The notes under the pieces were generated by a model. That model made no database searches. It was given only the letters and a program-made list of their open reading frames with translations, and was not told where the DNA came from. A stretch of DNA of 64,000 nucleotides from Microcoleus sp. Its GTDB lineage: Bacteria; Cyanobacteriota; Cyanobacteriia; Cyanobacteriales; Microcoleaceae. The stretch spans positions 96,001 through 160,000 of the forward strand of contig JAYFMW010000030.1 of assembly GCA_042408215.1 (NCBI GenBank), read 5' to 3'. Shown here piece after piece: positions 62,232 to 64,000 of this stretch; the first letter of the stretch is position 1; each line of letters opens with the position of its first letter. A program made the translations under genes and the position numbers.

Positions 62232-63122
62232 ATGTATCACAAAGCTTACGGAATCATTGAAACTTTGGCACCGCTTCATGTGGGTGCGACGGCGGGGGAA
62301 GAAACGGGGAATCTGAATTTGATTTTTCGCGATCAGTTTACTCAGACTGGAATTATTCCCGGTAGTTCGATTCGGGGGCGGTTTCGGGCTGATATGCGAT
62401 CGCAAAAAGCCGGTACAGAGAACATTTGGTATGGCCACGAAGCAGTTCCAGGACAAGAAGACGGCGGCACAACGGAAGCATCGGTCAAGTTTGAATATGC
62501 GTCTTTGGTTTGGTTGCCTATTTTTTGTCCGGGTCAACCTATTGTGTGGGTAAGCTGTCCTTCTTTACTAAAACGCTACAAGAAAATTGCAGGAATCAAT
62601 AAGAGTGTTGAAGTACCAAAGAGTTACACGGCAGATCCAGATTTGCAAGCGCGAGTTATTCCTGGAACAAAGGAGAAGGTTTTATTCTTTAATTTGGGAT
62701 TTATGGGGATAGAACATCACGAAAGTTTGGCGGATTGGATTCCAGAGGGGACTGATTTGGACGCAAAGCAATTAGTGGTGGTTGATGATAATGATATTGC
62801 CATGCTGCACGAAATGGCTTTGTATCGTCAAAGTCGGATTAAGATGCTGGATGATATGAAGAAAGTAGACACGAAAACAGGTGCTTTTTTTAATGTGGAA
62901 GCATTGCCAGTGGGGAGTATTTTAGTGTTTCCCTTAGCATCAAAAGAAGTTGGTTGGCGGCCTTTTCGTGAACCGCAAGCAAGTGAGTGTTATTCCCAAG
63001 AACTCTATTTTGGGGGATTGGAGTCGATCGGCTTTGGGCGCTGCAATGTGACTCTGAAAGGAGAAGCACTCAATCAGCCTGAAAAAATTGAAACAGCAAC
63101 ACAACAAGAGGTTAACAGCTAA
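62232..63122 (+). CDS. cmr4: Cmr4 (Cas7 group RAMP)
   Basis: PLHVGA, IPGSSIRGRFR, GGLESIGFG. Confidence 0.9.
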   Translation: MYHKAYGIIETLAPLHVGATAGEETGNLNLIFRDQFTQTGIIPGSSIRGRFRADMRSQKAGTENIWYGHEAVPGQEDGGTTEASVKFEYASLVWLPIFCPGQPIVWVSCPSLLKRYKKIAGINKSVEVPKSYTADPDLQARVIPGTKEKVLFFNLGFMGIEHHESLADWIPEGTDLDAKQLVVVDDNDIAMLHEMALYRQSRIKMLDDMKKVDTKTGAFFNVEALPVGSILVFPLASKEVGWRPFREPQASECYSQELYFGGLESIGFGRCNVTLKGEALNQPEKIETATQQEVNS

Positions 63123-63601
63123 TGGCTTGGAAATACTACAGTTTAGAGCAGGATGGCCAGCAGTTCCAGTTACATACTTTAGACCAAATAGCACAAAAAT
63201 TGGTTTTGGATGCTAAGGGACGGGAGAGAAAATCCCTGAATCAATCGTTTAAAATGCGAGAAGCGGTTGCCTATGGGTTAGAGCGTTTTTGGGGCGAACA
63301 TTTGCGGTTAAAAAGTAAGTCAAAACGTCCAGGGGATGAGTTTGACATAAAATCTCAATATTGGAAAGAGACTTGGGATGCTTTAGTGGCTATCATGAAA
63401 CAAACAGGTGTTGTGATTCATAACGATCCAATCGATGTTAAGCGGCCGGATACTGTGAAATCAATGGCGCAGAAATTATGGACTTTGAATATTGAAGAGC
63501 AGCGCATTATACTGGCTGTGTTGACTCAGTTATGCGATTGCATTGTTTGGTGGACTCAGCGCTATAAAGGGCCTGGTGATTTGACGGTTGATGATGAATA
63601 A
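63122..63601 (+). CDS. cmr5: Cmr5-like small subunit (Cas11)
   Basis: Helical 159-aa ORF between cmr4 and the next RAMP; YGLERFW, CDCIVWWTQRY. Confidence 0.6.
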   Translation: MAWKYYSLEQDGQQFQLHTLDQIAQKLVLDAKGRERKSLNQSFKMREAVAYGLERFWGEHLRLKSKSKRPGDEFDIKSQYWKETWDALVAIMKQTGVVIHNDPIDVKRPDTVKSMAQKLWTLNIEEQRIILAVLTQLCDCIVWWTQRYKGPGDLTVDDE

Positions 63602-63613
63602 TTAGGAGATTTA

Positions 63614-64000
63614 ATGATGGTAAGTATTCCCGATGCAGCTAATTTAGTGCCGTTGATGTTTCAGGCACAGGCCAAAGGCCGATCGCAACTTCAGTACATT
63701 GATAAAGACAAGGAACCCCAGGAACAAGATTCTTACAAATGGGCTGCTCAATGGACCGATAAAGCTTATCCTAATCCCCCGGACTTTGGTGATGCAGCTA
63801 GTACGAAAACCTATGAAATGCAGTGGCGTTTTGTGACGAATGGTGGTCAATTTGAAGGGATAATTTTTCCGGCGCTTGGTGCTTTTGGGTTGCCTTTTTA
63901 TCCCGGTAGCAGTATGAAAGGAGTGTTTTGTCAAGCTTGCACTGGGCAACAAAAGCAGCGTTATCGTTTGACTAAAAATGGCGATGAACCCAGTTTATTA
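63614..64000 (+). CDS. cmr6: Cmr6-like RAMP, partial (runs off window)
   Basis: AGGAG RBS; VPLMFQAQ..WRFVTNGG..GLPFYPGSSMKG. Confidence 0.75.
   Translation, partial: MMVSIPDAANLVPLMFQAQAKGRSQLQYIDKDKEPQEQDSYKWAAQWTDKAYPNPPDFGDAASTKTYEMQWRFVTNGGQFEGIIFPALGAFGLPFYPGSSMKGVFCQACTGQQKQRYRLTKNGDEPSLL

Overview
Genome segment from a filamentous cyanobacterium (Microcoleus/Oscillatoriales-like: HIP1 GCGATCGC sites, heptamer tandem repeats, AGAAACCGGGTTTCT palindromes). The left ~40 kb is a mosaic accessory region. It holds a CHAT-STAND-WD40(+PDZ) NLR-like gene, alkB and several disarmed toxin-antitoxin loci. A decayed conjugative-plasmid-like block follows (DUF1998 helicase, N6-methylase-like gene, truncated VirD4, DUF262 nuclease, PolA exonuclease fragment). 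An IscB/omegaRNA locus is followed by an unexplained 5x64-bp palindromic array beside a small DNA-binding-protein gene. Finally, a capsid-less integrase + primase-helicase element ends at a tRNA-Ser(CGA) 3' fragment. Insertion sequences (two IS4/IS701-like, IS630, IS605) have ends that can be delimited to the base. The right part holds an ORF-less group II intron inside a MITE end, core genes (oxidoreductase, cobD with in-frame repeat insertions, HU, pilMNOQ, sugar ABC binding protein) and a non-autonomous IS605/omegaRNA remnant. It ends with a 14-repeat CRISPR array and a type III-B variant locus (HD-less cas10, cmr3/4/5/6) carrying an accessory set of tandem Csx3-ATPase, WYL, MESH1-like HD and an eroded SAVED gene. 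All calls are by eye from sequence motifs; no database searches were run.
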